The notes under the pieces: generated by a model | What the model saw: only the letters and a program-made list of their open reading frames with translations | What the model was told of the DNA's origin: nothing | Database searches by the model: none | Source of the DNA: Negaprion brevirostris | Taxonomy: Eukaryota | Assembly (NCBI GenBank): GCA_030324005.1 | Contig: JARDVH010000157.1 | Span: 14,338,452 to 14,401,676, forward strand | Length of the DNA: 63,225 bases | Reading direction: 5' to 3' | Position numbers and translations under genes: made by a program | Part shown: positions 51,517 through 63,225 of the stretch, in pieces | Layout of the letters: each line of letters begins with the position of its first letter | How positions within the stretch are numbered: the first letter of the stretch is position 1

Positions 51517-51627
51517 CTTTCACAAGCTCTCCTTCATTGTTTTGGAGCTGAACTTCAATGGTAAGTGGAAACCCCTGCACCACCTCTCGTATTTCCTCAC
51601 CAAGGATCACCAGCTTACTGGCTTCAG
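51517..51627 (-). CDS. MORN1: MORN1 internal coding exon (about exon 8)
   Basis: Acceptor tgtttctttttggaaaaag, donor gtaagg, 111 bp, phase 1 to 1. (A)EASKLVILGEEIREVVQGFPLTIEVQLQNNEGELVK matches recalled MORN1 [36 protein letters not shown]. Confidence 0.95.
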
Positions 51628-51659
51628 CTTTTTCCAAAAAGAAACAGATTCCATTATTT

Positions 51660-52220
51660 AGAACATAAGAGCATAAGAAATAGGAGCAGGAGTAGGCCAT
51701 CTAGCCCTTCGAGCCTGCCCCGCCATTCAATAAGANNNNNNNNNNNNNNNNNNNNNNNNNNNNNNNNNNNNNNNNNNNNNNNNNNNNNNNNNNNNNNNNN
51801 NNNNNNNNNNNNNNNNNNNNNNNNNNNNNNNNNNNCCTTCACCACAAGGTCCCTAATTCTACCCGCCTCATTACACAACACCAGATCCAAGATAGCTCGC
51901 TCCCTCGTCGGCCCCAACACACACTGTTCAAGGAAACTATCCCGGCAGCATTCCAAGAACTCCTCCTCAAGCCCGCCGCATCCAACATGGGTCAACCAAT
52001 CAATATGTAGATTGAAATCCCCCATAATTATCGCCGTTCCATTCCTGTACGCTGCACTTATTTGCGCGTTAACAGCCCGCCCCACCTCCAGGTCATTATT
52101 TGGGGGCCTATAGACGACACCCACCAGCGTCTTCCTCCCTTTTCTGTTCCTAATCTCCACTCACAACGATTCCACTTTTTGCTCTTTGGTTCCTATATCA
52201 TCCCTTGCTACCACCTTGAT
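51660..52220 (-). mobile_element. Young CR1 LINE: endonuclease region and 3' tail joined across a 100-N gap
   Basis: Open frame LVGVVYRPPN...IMGDFN..IDW...FLEQCV..PTR..AILDLVLCN (APE domain) with CpGs retained. Confidence 0.95.
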
Positions 52221-52877
52221 TTGTAAGGTATTGTTAGTCTCACACTGTAAGGTGAGCAAAACCAGATTTTATTTAGAAAACATCACAAAGCCTGCAAGGA
52301 ATGCAGTACTCAAGGTGTGATCTGATCACTGTACTATTTGAACATGATTGCCTCAGGCTTGTACACTTCCCTTCTAACTATAAGGTTTGGCATTCTTTTT
52401 GTTTTGTTTATTGTTGCTTTGCTGTGATTGAACTTGTGGAGTGTCAAGAACATTAATACATCCAGATCCTTCAACCTTATCCTTAGCTCTTTGGCAACCA
52501 TTTTTCTTGTGCTCACTGCCCTTGTTCTTCTAGGTGGTAGATATTGTGGGTTCAGAAGATGTTTTCAAAGAAACCTTGGTGAGTTGTTGCAGTGCATCTT
52601 GTAGATGGTACACATTGCTGCCACTGTGAATTGGTGGTGGAGGGAGCGAATGTTTAAGCTGGTAGTTGAGGTGACAATCACTCTGTCCTGGATGGTGTCG
52701 AGTTTCTTCAGCTCATTGACTCATTCAAGCAAGTGGAGAACATTTAATCAAATTCCTGACTTGTGTCTTGGAGATGGTGGAAATATTTTGGACGTCAGTA
52801 GGTGAGATATTCACCTCAGTATAACCAGCCACTGACCTGTTCATCTAGCCACAGTATTTCCATGGCTAGTCCAACTT

Positions 52878-53055
52878 GTAAAAAGTCTGACAACACCAGG
52901 TTTAAGTCCAACCGATTTATTTGATAGTAAACTCACAAGCTTTCGGGGTTTGTCTCTTCATCAGGTGAATGGAGAGTTCTGGCCTCAGACACAGCATATA
53001 AAGCACAGACTTTTTACTGTGTTTACCCCAGTCCAACACTGGCATATCCACATCA
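52878..53055. mobile_element. Penelope-like fragment with hammerhead motif (52934-52967, minus)
   Basis: Minus strand cacctgatgaagagacaaaccccgaaagcttgtgag; opposite-sense end tttactgtgtttaccccagtccaac follows. Confidence 0.7.
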
Positions 53056-53059
53056 TAGT

Positions 53060-53490
53060 CCAGCTTGATCAAAGAGGTAAGTTTCAAGGAGCATTTTAAG
53101 GGAAGAATGGGAGATGGAGAGGCAGAGAGGTTAAAGGGAGGGAATTTGGAAGTTTAAAGTCATGGCAGCAGAAAGTGCAGCCGCCAATGGTGGAACGATT
53201 AAAATCGAGGATGTTGAAGAGACCAGAATTGAAGGAGTGGAGATGCCTTGAAAGTTGAAGGACTAGAGGAAGTCATAGAGATAGAGAGGGGTATGGTCAC
53301 AGAGGGGTTTGAAAATAAGGATTTTTAAATTTAAGCTTTTTTTATCCAAGACCCAATATTGGTCAGACAGCCCAGGGTTGATGGATGAAATGGACTTGAT
53401 ACAAGTTAGGACAGTAGCAAAGTTTTGGATGACCTCACGCTTATGGAGTGGAGGATGCTGATCAAGAACAAATTGGAACAGGCTAGTGTA
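53060..53490 (-). mobile_element. L2-type LINE 3' relic
   Basis: gatcaaagaggta.gtttcaaggagc, gccgccaatggtgga, gagttttggatgacctca-type motifs shared with other L2 tails here. Confidence 0.65.
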
Positions 53491-54130
53491 GAAATTATAA
53501 AGACTGAGATACTTTAAATCCAGTCTCCGCCCTTTCCTGGCTTGAGGTATTCTACAAACAACTAGCCTCAGCAGCAGCAACTCAATGTTCTGTCTTTTTT
53601 AGTGACACTTTTCCCCTCATCTCCCTTAAAGCACTGAGTCTTGCTGGGCTTCAGTTTTACAGGAACGTGCAGGGTAACCATAATTCATCTGTAATAACTG
53701 ACGGTACACAGTGACAAACTATTCCATCACTACATATATCACAGAGAGTTTGATTGGATTTTCGACAATTGTCCACATATTTGCACTTCCAACTGGAGTT
53801 GGGTGTGGGATGATATCCCCCTCCCACACAAAGAAAATCAGAATCAACCCCAAGAATGTTTCACAAACATTTGTTAAGTGCAGCAGTTTGGCCAGTTTAC
53901 ATTACAATTTTGGAGCTGAAATATAAAACGCAGAAAGCAGAGCTGTCTGGCATGACTATAGATAATACGCAGAAAAGGGAAAAAAAACACTAAGAAAGCT
54001 TGTCCTCAAAATTGTCATTCAAATCTAAACCTCTTCCTTCATCACTGCAACAACATAGACAGGACAATAATTAATCAATGACTGTATTATCAGTGCCACA
54101 CGTGCAATTGCTAATATAGTCTACAGACTA

Positions 54131-54253
<123 letters not shown>

Positions 54254-54734
54254 TCAACCACTGTATAATATTGCCCACAGAACCATATCCCCACATAATT
54301 AAAACCACCCGCAGAACCATAATGCTCCTATAAAACAAATCTTCACAGAACTATACCCCTCAGGATAGAATCCTATCCTCCACAGAACCATGCATCTCTC
54401 CAATACCATATGTCCACATTGATAGAAAATGGTAGAGGGAGCTTGCCACTGCATCTAACAGCGCTGTAGCTAATTTGGGAATCTTTGTTGTTTGTCAAAA
54501 TGTAAAGTGCCCCAATCCCAGTTCTTCATCTAAAAGAGCACAAAATTTACTAAGCTATACATGATCTCATTAATGTGACTAAGTTTAGAGCAGTGATCAG
54601 AAACTCTGTGCAAATGCCACCTGTAAACAAATGAGACAAGCACTCAATAGGTCATATCTGTCCCTCCCATTATTAGCTGTTCCTCTCCTGAGTGTGTTGC
54701 CTTTTCTCACCTTCCATTTTCACAGGTGTCAGCA

Positions 54735-55030
54735 TCAGGTGTCAATGGTTAGCACTGCTGTCTCTCAGTGCCATGGACCCAGGTTCAATTCTGACCTTGG
54801 GTGACTACGTGAAGTTTGCATATTATCTGTGGCTGCGTGGGGTTTCTCTGGGTGCTCCTGTTTCCTCCCACATTCCAAAGATGTGCCGGTTAGGTTGATT
54901 AGCCATACCAGGGGGATTAGCAGGCTAAATACATAGGGTTACGGGGATAGGGCCTGGGTAGGATTGTTGTCGGTGCAGACTCGATGGGCCGAATGGCCTC
55001 CTTCTGCTCTGTAGGGATTCTATGATTCTA
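54735..55030 (+). mobile_element. HE1-like V-SINE
   Basis: Head, V domain and tail ctgtagggattctatgattcta. Confidence 0.85.
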
Positions 55031-56251
55031 TCTGTCTACCATTTCATTCAAAATGGCCATTCTTCAAACAAGAGTCTAGACAGTGAGTGTTGGCTATCGA
55101 CAGTGGGTGCATCTCAATGCCAAGCTTGTTATATTGGTGGGGAGGACTTGATACTGTCAATTTGTTTGAACTGACTCTTAGGTGCCTTCACTGTCCCCTC
55201 TGCATACACTATCTACACATAGCAATGCTGAGATCCAGGGACAGTTGCAAAACCACAGGTCAAATGAACTTCTTTAATTTTTTAATTGCCTTGTTGATTT
55301 ATAGAGGGGACTGCTTGCCAAAAGTGAATGTGCTTCATTGGTTATGCTTCGCTTTACATGGCCTGGCTGGTTGGCATTGGATCTGATGCCCAGAGATGAA
55401 AGAATAGCACTAGAACATACTGTGCCACTCTGCCCCTGAGCACAACATAAGTATTGGTGGTTTCCAAAGCAACTCTGGTGATAAATGGTGTGGAGCAGGC
55501 AGCTTTTAACCCATGAAGGATGTTAGTGTACAATCAAATCAGTCAGCCTTTAAATAACACTAGTCTGATTCCCGCAGGTACTCCTAAGAAAGGATCCAGG
55601 GAGATAAAGTGAACATGCTTCTTGAGAGAGACTGGAATGTATGGAGAACATATTCCCATCAACTTAATTCCCTAAAATTTCACAGATGAGAGGATCCATA
55701 AGAATGCCGAGCTGTTGCTTGCAGTAAGCAATTGGGGCTGAATGAGTAGGTGTGGACAAAAGGAAGATCTCCTTTGGGAAAGATCACAACCAACAAAACC
55801 TTCTATACTCCAAACATTTGAGACAATCACAGTAAAATGTTTGCTTTAGAATCTTAGCCGGAGCCTGACAGATGCCAAATAGACATACAACAGAACATTT
55901 GAAATAGGAACAGGAGTAGGCCATAGAGCCCCTAAAGTCTGTTCCTTTGTTCAAAAGATCACGACTAATTCTCAACCTCAGATCCTATCCTCATAACCCC
56001 TTGTTCCCCTACTGCCCAAAATCTATCAATTTCAATCCTGAATATACTTAACAGCTGAGTATCCACAGCCTGCCAGTTATAACCTGCCAACTGAAAATAA
56101 TCCATTGTTTCCACTCTATGTTTCCTATTGATTGACCTATCCTCAAACCAAGCAAATATATTGTCGCTAAAAGTGACTGTGCATCCTGAAGAAATAGGGT
56201 ACTGGCCCTAACCCAGTCCATTTAAAATCTGTGTGAATAATCCCTCTAGAC

Positions 56252-56600
56252 CTCAGTCCTTGACCAGGACATTCAGTTCGTCTACACCTCTACCCTGGTG
56301 AAGGACAGAGGTGTAGAAGAACTGGATGTCCTGGTGAAGGACAGAGGTGTAGACGAACTGGATGTCCTGGTGAAGGACAGAGGTGTAGATGGACTGTATG
56401 TCCCGGTCAGAGGTAAAGGTGTAGAGGGATTCCATGGCCTGATGAGGGACAGAGGTGTAGAGACCATGGCCATGCAGTCCCTCTACACCTCTGGCTCTGA
56501 CCAGGATGTACAGTCCGTCTATACCTCTACCCTTCACCAGGTCATACAGTCTGTCTATACCTGTCTCTCAACAGGACACCCTGTCCCTCTACACCTCTTT
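56252..56600. repeat. 36-bp minisatellite with internal orientation switches
   Basis: Unit tcctggtgaaggacagaggtgtagacgaactggatg forward at ~56293-56465, reverse-complement copies at ~56257-56295 and ~56475-56600. Confidence 0.85.
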
Positions 56601-58454
56601 TCCTCATTAGGATGCAGACTGGGTAGTAAACCTTTCTGGTCTGTATACTTAGTGATGCACTGGTCAATGCACTTGGAAACAGAGTCACTAATGGCAGCTG
56701 TATTTGAATGTTTTGTCCATTCTTAACCTTTTGTACATAACAGAATGCCCCTGTGTCTATTGAACACAAAGGAAAACAATCAACTCCCTGGAATATTTTC
56801 AATAAAACGCATGCATGGAAACAGATTGCCAAGAGGGAATTATAAGAGAGGAATCCACTCCAGGATTTCAGAAGTATGAAGAGGAAAGTGAGAAGAATGT
56901 TTTCTCCCTCCACACAGATGGTTATTACAACATGGAATACTTTACCTCGAGGGGCTGTTGAGGTAGAGACCGTAACATTATTTAAAGGGGAACTGGGTAA
57001 GCATTTAAAAAGAATATAAAATAAAAGAAGGAAAGGGTAGAGAAATGGAATTTGAGTAGATAGCCTTAATGGTAGTGTAAGTAATGGTGCAATGGAATGA
57101 ATGGTCCTTTCCTATGATTTTATTACAGCTCAAATTTAATTACAAAGCTTCAATCCATTTATGGATTATTTAAATGGTATTCTGGTCTCAATGTCCTGAA
57201 AGTCAAGGGAGGCATGTATATATTTATCAAAATTTAACAAAAAAGTCAAATTTAGGGATGACAATGCAAGGGAATGAGATATTTTCCACTGTTTGAATCC
57301 AGGCTTAACAGTGAGAATTCCTAAGTTGGACAGAGGTTAGGTGTGTGGTAAAGTTCCCAATGCACTGTCTTAATTACACATCTAACCTCAGCTTTAGGAC
57401 AGTATTGTCACTTAACTGATGTATCATTTCCAGCCATTCTTATAGCTTCCTACTCATAGGATTATTATAGAGTTTCAGTGTGGTCATTGGCCAATGAGGA
57501 TCTGGGTGTGGCCTCCCAGTCAATTTGTGTAGGCCTCCCACAGCTGGACAAGTAACACATTCTCATCGTATTAGTCTGAGCCTGAAGGGCAGATAACTTA
57601 TTGTGGCATCAGTTTGGAGAATGTTGAATTTAGAAAGTTATTTTTCTTCCATTTCCTCATTAAATAAATAAAACAGACTACTTAAATAAAAGCAAATTAC
57701 TATGAATTCTGGAATCTGAAGTAAAAGCAGAAAACTGGATGTCACAGTAGTGCTGACAGCATCTGTGGAGAGAGAATAGAGCTAACATTTTGAGACTGGA
57801 TCACCCTTCATCAGCCTATCGAAATATTGTTCATTTGTGCCATGCCACTTATTTCCTCATTCAAGTGGTCCCCTGCATATATCAGCTTTGACAGGCTACC
57901 TGTGTGTGAAGGACATCACAGCTAAATATGATCTTGCCCTCTCCTGGCAATAATTCGCCCTTATTTCCAGCAGGGAGGTGAGAAGCAGGAACCTGGGTCT
58001 TCATGTATGATTACAAACATAGATTGTACACCATGGAAACTGGCCATTTTGGTGTTTTATGCCTCACATCAGTCACCTCCCAACCTACAATTGTGTGCTC
58101 ATGAACTAGATATGCCAGTACCCCTTCTATGTTTATTTTAGCTTACACTCCATCTGTATCCAGTTTACAGTTGGTAGGATATCTCCTCTCTGCCACTTCT
58201 AAGGTTGTAAAGTGAACCGAGGTTCAGTTTCCTAACCAAGACAGTGCCATAATGAGTTACTAAATTGACAACAATCTTCCTCAGGGAACCTGCAGAAGGT
58301 GGTAAAGCCTGGGGAAGACAAATGTCAAGCTGGACTGTTCCTCTTAAGGTCAAGGTTCAGGCATGTGATTGAGGTAGAGAAAATCTTGTCCCTCCCTAAC
58401 CACAGGATGGTCAGGTGAACTCCATTGCTGCCAGGCTTAACTCAGCCAGCGATA

Positions 58455-58712
58455 AACATAAGAACATAAGAACATAAGAAATAGGAGCAGGAGTAGGCCA
58501 TCCAGCCCTTCGAGCCTGCCCCGCCATTNNNNNNNNNNNNNNNNNNNNNNNNNNNNNNNNNNNNNNNNNNNNNNNNNNNNNNNNNNNNNNNNNNNNNNNN
58601 NNNNNNNNNNNNNNNNNNNNNNNNNNNNGTTCTCCTCTATCCACCGCCTGAGACACATCCTCATAGAACTCCAATAAATTTGTCAGACACGACTTCCCCT
58701 TAACTGAAACTT
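58455..58712 (-). mobile_element. Young CR1 fragment, gapped
   Basis: KGKSCLTNLLEFYEDVSQAVDRGE plus (aacataag)n tail. Confidence 0.92.
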
Positions 58713-58820
58713 CCATCAATAAAGAGCTTCATCAAAGTTTTGAAGGAAAGAATGCGCCTTTATATAGCACTTCCTCACACCTTCAGGGCATGTCAAAGTG
58801 CTTCACATCCAATAACCTCA

Positions 58821-59500
58821 TAGACAGAGATAGAAAGAGGAACATTGAGAATTCTTTGTGAAGAGAAGAAGCAACCATTCTCAGGAAGACGTCAGGTTTT
58901 CCTTTTTGACAGAAAAGGAGAGCTCCTGAAGGACCTTGCAAGCTGGCGAAAACAGTCTAATACCTGAAAAGCTGAGTGTAATAGTTCAGGCGCAATAACG
59001 AGCCGGGTGTCTTCACAGAGTTGGCCAAACCGTGTACCGAGAAGTTATTGGTTGGTCAGTTAAAAAGAAACACTGAAAAGCTACATCATCAGAACTGTTG
59101 TGACCCTAGGGAGGAGAGTTTGTAGAAATGTGTGTTGCTGATGATAATTGTACCCATGAAAGTCAAAAGGTGAAATCTGTTGAAGAACGGGACCTCCTGA
59201 CCTACCTTGTGTAATAAAGGACCACATATTGTGGAAAAGTGTGGTTATATAGTGCCACACATGTGCAGGGAGTGATGCGGATGCTTGTGGTTACACTAGA
59301 TATGTCTTGATTGTATCAACTATTTAAAGTGAAATTTATTTGAAGCAACATTTACCTGTCAGTTCATGTTTAATTTATATTGATTCAGATTTGTGTTAAA
59401 GTAAATGTTGCAAAAGGTGAAATCTTGTTGGTGATTTCATCTTTGACGATTGTTTAATAACTGTATTTAGGTTTACAGTTCTCCCATGGGGATCATAACA
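58821..59500 (+). mobile_element. LTR fragment (3' part), same family as 62050-62460
   Basis: Ends ggggatcataaCA; the first ~80 bp match the reverse complement of 62068-62146. Confidence 0.6.
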
Positions 59501-59679
59501 TCAGAAGCAGCATTGTAACGTCATCTTTGTGGAAAACTGGCAAACTATCTGAAAGATGTACTTGCTCTGTCTCTACAACACACCAAAGCACAGAATTTAA
59601 CAGAGAGCTCTAATAGTGAAGTTAAAAGTTATGAAGGGCTTGATAGAATAGATACCAAGAAACTCTTAATATTCTCTAT

Positions 59680-60000
59680 CCTGTGTTGTTCAAACCCTTC
59701 CAGAACCTTCCTTGCAACCCCCTCGAGCTGTACAACTCCTCGAGAACTCTGTACACTAACAATTCTAACCTCTTCAGCATCTCCACCATTGGCCGCTGTG
59801 CCTTAAGGCTTCTCGGCCCTAAACTCTGGAATTGCCTTCATAAACTTCTCTACTTTGGTCTCTCCATTAAACCTGCCTCAGTCACCTGTCTCAATATCTC
59901 TTTTGGTGAACTATTGCAAATTTTGTCCAATAACAGTCCTGTGAAATGCCATTGGATATTTTACTATGGTAAAGACTCTATAGGAATGCAAGTTGTTTTT
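59680..60000 (+). mobile_element. L2-type 3' tail
   Basis: ctccaccattggccgctgtgcctt...ctctggaat...cctgtgaaatgcc..gcaagttg. Confidence 0.65.
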
Positions 60001-60257
60001 TCTTAACTACGTGAATTACGTTGTAATGTTAAGGTTGGCATAACTGAAAAAAAATCTTGGATTCTACAATTGGAAAAATATATACTAAATGGGCTTAAAT
60101 CTTAAAAATAACTAGGTTTGTCCCACGGCATAAAATTGTTATCACCTGATTACTCATAAAAGGAGAATTCAGAAACAGTAATCTAGTCTGATGCTTACAG
60201 TGCTGGTCTAATAACGCAGAAGTTGTGAATTCACAATGCATTATGACCAGATGACCA

Positions 60258-60835
60258 GGGGGTGACATGGTAGCACAGCGGTTAGCTCTGCTGCTCCACA
60301 GCATCAGGAACCGGGGTTTGATTCCTGGATTAAATCCCTGTCTGTGTGGAGTTTGCACGTTCTCCCTGCGTCTGCATGGGTTTCCTCCNNNNNNNNNNNN
60401 NNNNNNNNNNNNNNNNNNNNNNNNNNNNNNNNNNNNNNNNNNNNNNNNNNNNNNNNNNNNNNNNNNNNNNNNNNNNNNNNNNNNNNNNNNNNNNNNNNNN
60501 NNNNNNNNNNNNNNNNNNNNNNNNNNNNNNNNNNNNNNNNNNNNNNNNNNNNNNNNNNNNNNNNNNNNNNNNNNNNNNNNNNNNNNNNNNNNNNNNNNNN
60601 NNNNNNNNNNNNNNNNNNNNNNNNNNNNNNNNNNNNNNNNNNNNNNNNNNNNNNNNNNNNNNNNNNNNNNNNNNNNNNNNNNNNNNNNNNNNNNNNNNNN
60701 NNNNNNNNNNNNNNNNNNNNNNNNNNNNNNNNNNNNNNNNNNNNNNNNNNNNNNNNNNNAGGGGAATTTCACAGTAATTTCATTGCAGTGTTAACGTAAG
60801 CCTTACTTGTGACCAATAAATAAATAAATTTTAAC
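60258..60835 (+). mobile_element. V-SINE variant, gapped
   Basis: Head before the gap, ggggaatttcacagtaa tail after it. Confidence 0.8.
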
Positions 60836-62049
60836 TTTATTTATTAAATAAATAAAACCAGCAGTGAAATACATACCACTGTGGTAACAGGAGGTGGGCA
60901 ATGAATGGGTAAAGTGCTTTGGGGAACAGACCTGGAGGAGTTACTAAGCCTGACAGTGGAAGAAAACTGAACTAAAGTAAGTGGAACAAAGTCAATTAGA
61001 CCCTGTGTGCTTCAGCAGTTGTGTCATTTTGAAAGTGTAGGTGACTTTCAGCTCCCTTTGCGCTGTAACACACAGCAACTCCATGCAGTCAGTTCCCAAA
61101 CTAATTTTATCATTCAGCTTCAGCAAACAAAAAAAAACATACAAATCAGCAGAAATAGAGTCAAACTCACATAGAACTAGAGGATCCTAAATCTGTCCTT
61201 GTTTAAAGCTCCCTACACTTAAAAAATGCTTTTCTTGTCTGTAGTGCTGACAGTGGGGTTTTGGAAATTTTTTCTGAAAAGCACTTAGCAAAACAATTCT
61301 GTAATAATCCAGTGACTGGGTAATGAATCATGTCTGAGTACTAGCGGCTGGGACTGTGGAGTTTTGCGTGGGGAATTACTATCTGCCTATAAGAATGAAT
61401 GTTTGGATTTGCTGCAAATATCTCTCTGCATGTTAGTTGCCGAAGACCAGCGCAAACAACACTTAATCATTTCCAAACTCTCAACTGCACTATGACAAAT
61501 ATGTGAATGTAATGCAAATTTATGCTGAGAGTTGGCCTTCAAGGTTTTGAGTAGTAATTTCTGCTTCCTTCACACCTCCCTCTGAAGGTCAGCGTGGTGG
61601 GGTTTGACTTTAAATGTCCTGTCATTTACTTTTCTACAAAAATGTTGCAGTCATTCCAGAAAAAGGGAGGAGGTGGGACTGGGGGCAGATAGGACCGGGA
61701 TAATGGTTTTAACATTTACACTGGCTCACAAGCCAAGAATTCCTAGCTTAATTCTTTCCTCACCATCCCCCCACCCACCCCCACCCCCCCCCACCCCATC
61801 CTACGACACTGCCACTTCCATTCACTGGTCTGGAGTGTTGAGACCTGTTCTAACCCTTGCAAGATCAATAAGCTTGGGGCAAAGGATTTAAGCCCTTGTA
61901 GTAAAAACAAAATATTGTGGATGCTGGAAATCTGAAAAGGAGTCATACGAACTCAGGATGTTAACTTTATTTTCTCTCTCCACAGATGCTGTCAGACTTA
62001 TTGAGTCTTTCTAGCATTTTCTGGATTTAAGCCATTGCTGTTTTAGCTT

Positions 62050-63225
62050 GACTCAGTTCTTCACACTCAAAACCTCACTTCTTCCTGAGAATGGTTTGCT
62101 TCTTCTCCTCACAAGAATTCTCAACGCTCCTCTTTCTATCTGTCTGCTTTCTCTTTGTGTCTGCATGTGTGTGCTAATTGCTCTCATCCTCCAGTTCCTC
62201 TGCCTGTAGCTCTCCTTTGTGTCGGCCAGCCACACAGCTTCTGTCGTTAACTATTGCTTTTGCTTCTAGGTCAAGGGTCACCAGGTCACTTACACCAGTG
62301 TTTCTTATTGTCCAAGAAAATAATAATTGATCCCTGTACAATTGAATCAAACTCTTAAAAGCCATTTTCAAACATCCTTAAAAACAATTACAGATGGCAC
62401 AGATACTTTGAAATTACACATTTTTCTTACTGTACTGCTTCCAAGTTAAAGATCGTCACACTCCTCTCTCACCACTGCAGAAAGAGAAAGTTTTACCATA
62501 GTAAAGTTTCTTCCAACAATGTTTGCAATACAGCAAGTTCTAACATCATAAACTAACACAAGGAACAACAATGGTACATTGTACTTACAAAGCAACCCTT
62601 ATGACTAACATACTGTTTCTTTAACAATCGTATAAATCCAATCCGTTCATGTGACTTTAAGACATTGTTACCAACCCTTGTTCTTTAAAATCACGCATCT
62701 AAGTCACATTGTTTTGGTCTGCAACATGCACAAGTTTTAATGTTAGTGGCTGCAGCATCAAACTCCAACAAAACAGCCTTTGGCTCTTGGTGTCAAACAC
62801 CTGAACCATGTGTGTATAGACAAGTACCTTGGTTTTGTCCTCTTCATGTTGCTTTTTTAAAAAATCTGTATTGGACTTTGTACAGTCAGGAGCCTGGATT
62901 TGTATTTGTGAGGGGTCCAAAGGTTTTACAGTTTTGTTTGGTGTAAAGAACAACATTACTGATACCTGGCAAACCAGCTGATCTTCTGGGTACTGGTGGA
63001 TGTGAACCAGAGTCAAGGACGAATCCCCTGTCATACTGCTTCTTCTTTCTAGATACAGCCATTTCCTTTGTTCTTCTTCACTAAATTGTCATCAGTGTGT
63101 TTACACTTTTTAAAACAGATTCTGAAACACTCTTTAGTTTTCATACCCTGATCTTCACTTTCAGAATGTGTTTGTAGGTTTTTGATGTCCAGTTCTTTGA
63201 AAAAAGCTTCAACCCGTCAAACATC
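62050..63225 (-). mobile_element. Decayed Gypsy LTR retrotransposon 3' end: pol tail, polypurine tract, start of 3' LTR
   Basis: Minus strand KKKQYDR...PEDQ...P.K..KPL...NTDFL; PPT GGTGAGAGAGGAG (62473-62461) immediately followed by TGTGAC at 62460. Confidence 0.65.

Noticed and set aside
39654-51627. Filamin-domain E3 ligase (MYCBP2 or TRIM-like) exons
   Set aside because: The upstream exon at 54136-54232 is a MORN repeat and all four exons match MORN1 in order and phase.
57781-57816. Hammerhead motif in the second Penelope-like family (also ~4920, ~35693, ~61931)
   Set aside because: A core box is mutated in each copy (for example GAAA to AAAA), so these are relics, not ribozymes.
62699-63034. 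111-aa ORF as upstream MORN1 exon or host gene
   Set aside because: No MORN repeat or clear splice pair; frameshifted Gypsy pol-tail motifs followed by a PPT and TG explain it.

Overview
This is eukaryotic genomic DNA from a cartilaginous fish. The shark-type HE1/V-SINEs, CR1/HER1 LINE tails, Deu-type SINE relics and Penelope-like ends indicate this; the species cannot be determined. It is a draft assembly with many N gaps. The whole window appears to lie inside the MORN1 gene on the minus strand. Four consecutive, phase-compatible coding exons are recognisable (54232-54136, 51627-51517, 44806-44686, 39844-39654), giving [32 protein letters not shown]|AEASKLVILGEEIREVVQGFPLTIEVQLQNNEGELVK|AENGRMLQIWAGVKH...ETP|FGFDAFRYPLME... 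I could not find the flanking MORN1 exons, so 1-39653 is probably one very large intron. The rest is transposon relics (V-SINEs, CR1, L2, RTE, Penelope-like, Harbinger, Gypsy, a probable R4-clade element), three minisatellites and several repeat-free TAAT-rich islands that resemble conserved enhancers. Almost all ORFs in the supplied track are artefacts of repeats or N-runs. I see no prokaryotic features, no CRISPR array and no demonstrably new biological system. The best leads are minimal hammerhead-ribozyme motifs in Penelope-like ends, a decayed R4-like retroelement between two minisatellites, exon-like islands in the large intron, a young LINE next to a MORN1 splice acceptor, and candidate enhancers. 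Family names come from recalled consensus motifs, not searches, and repeat boundaries are approximate.
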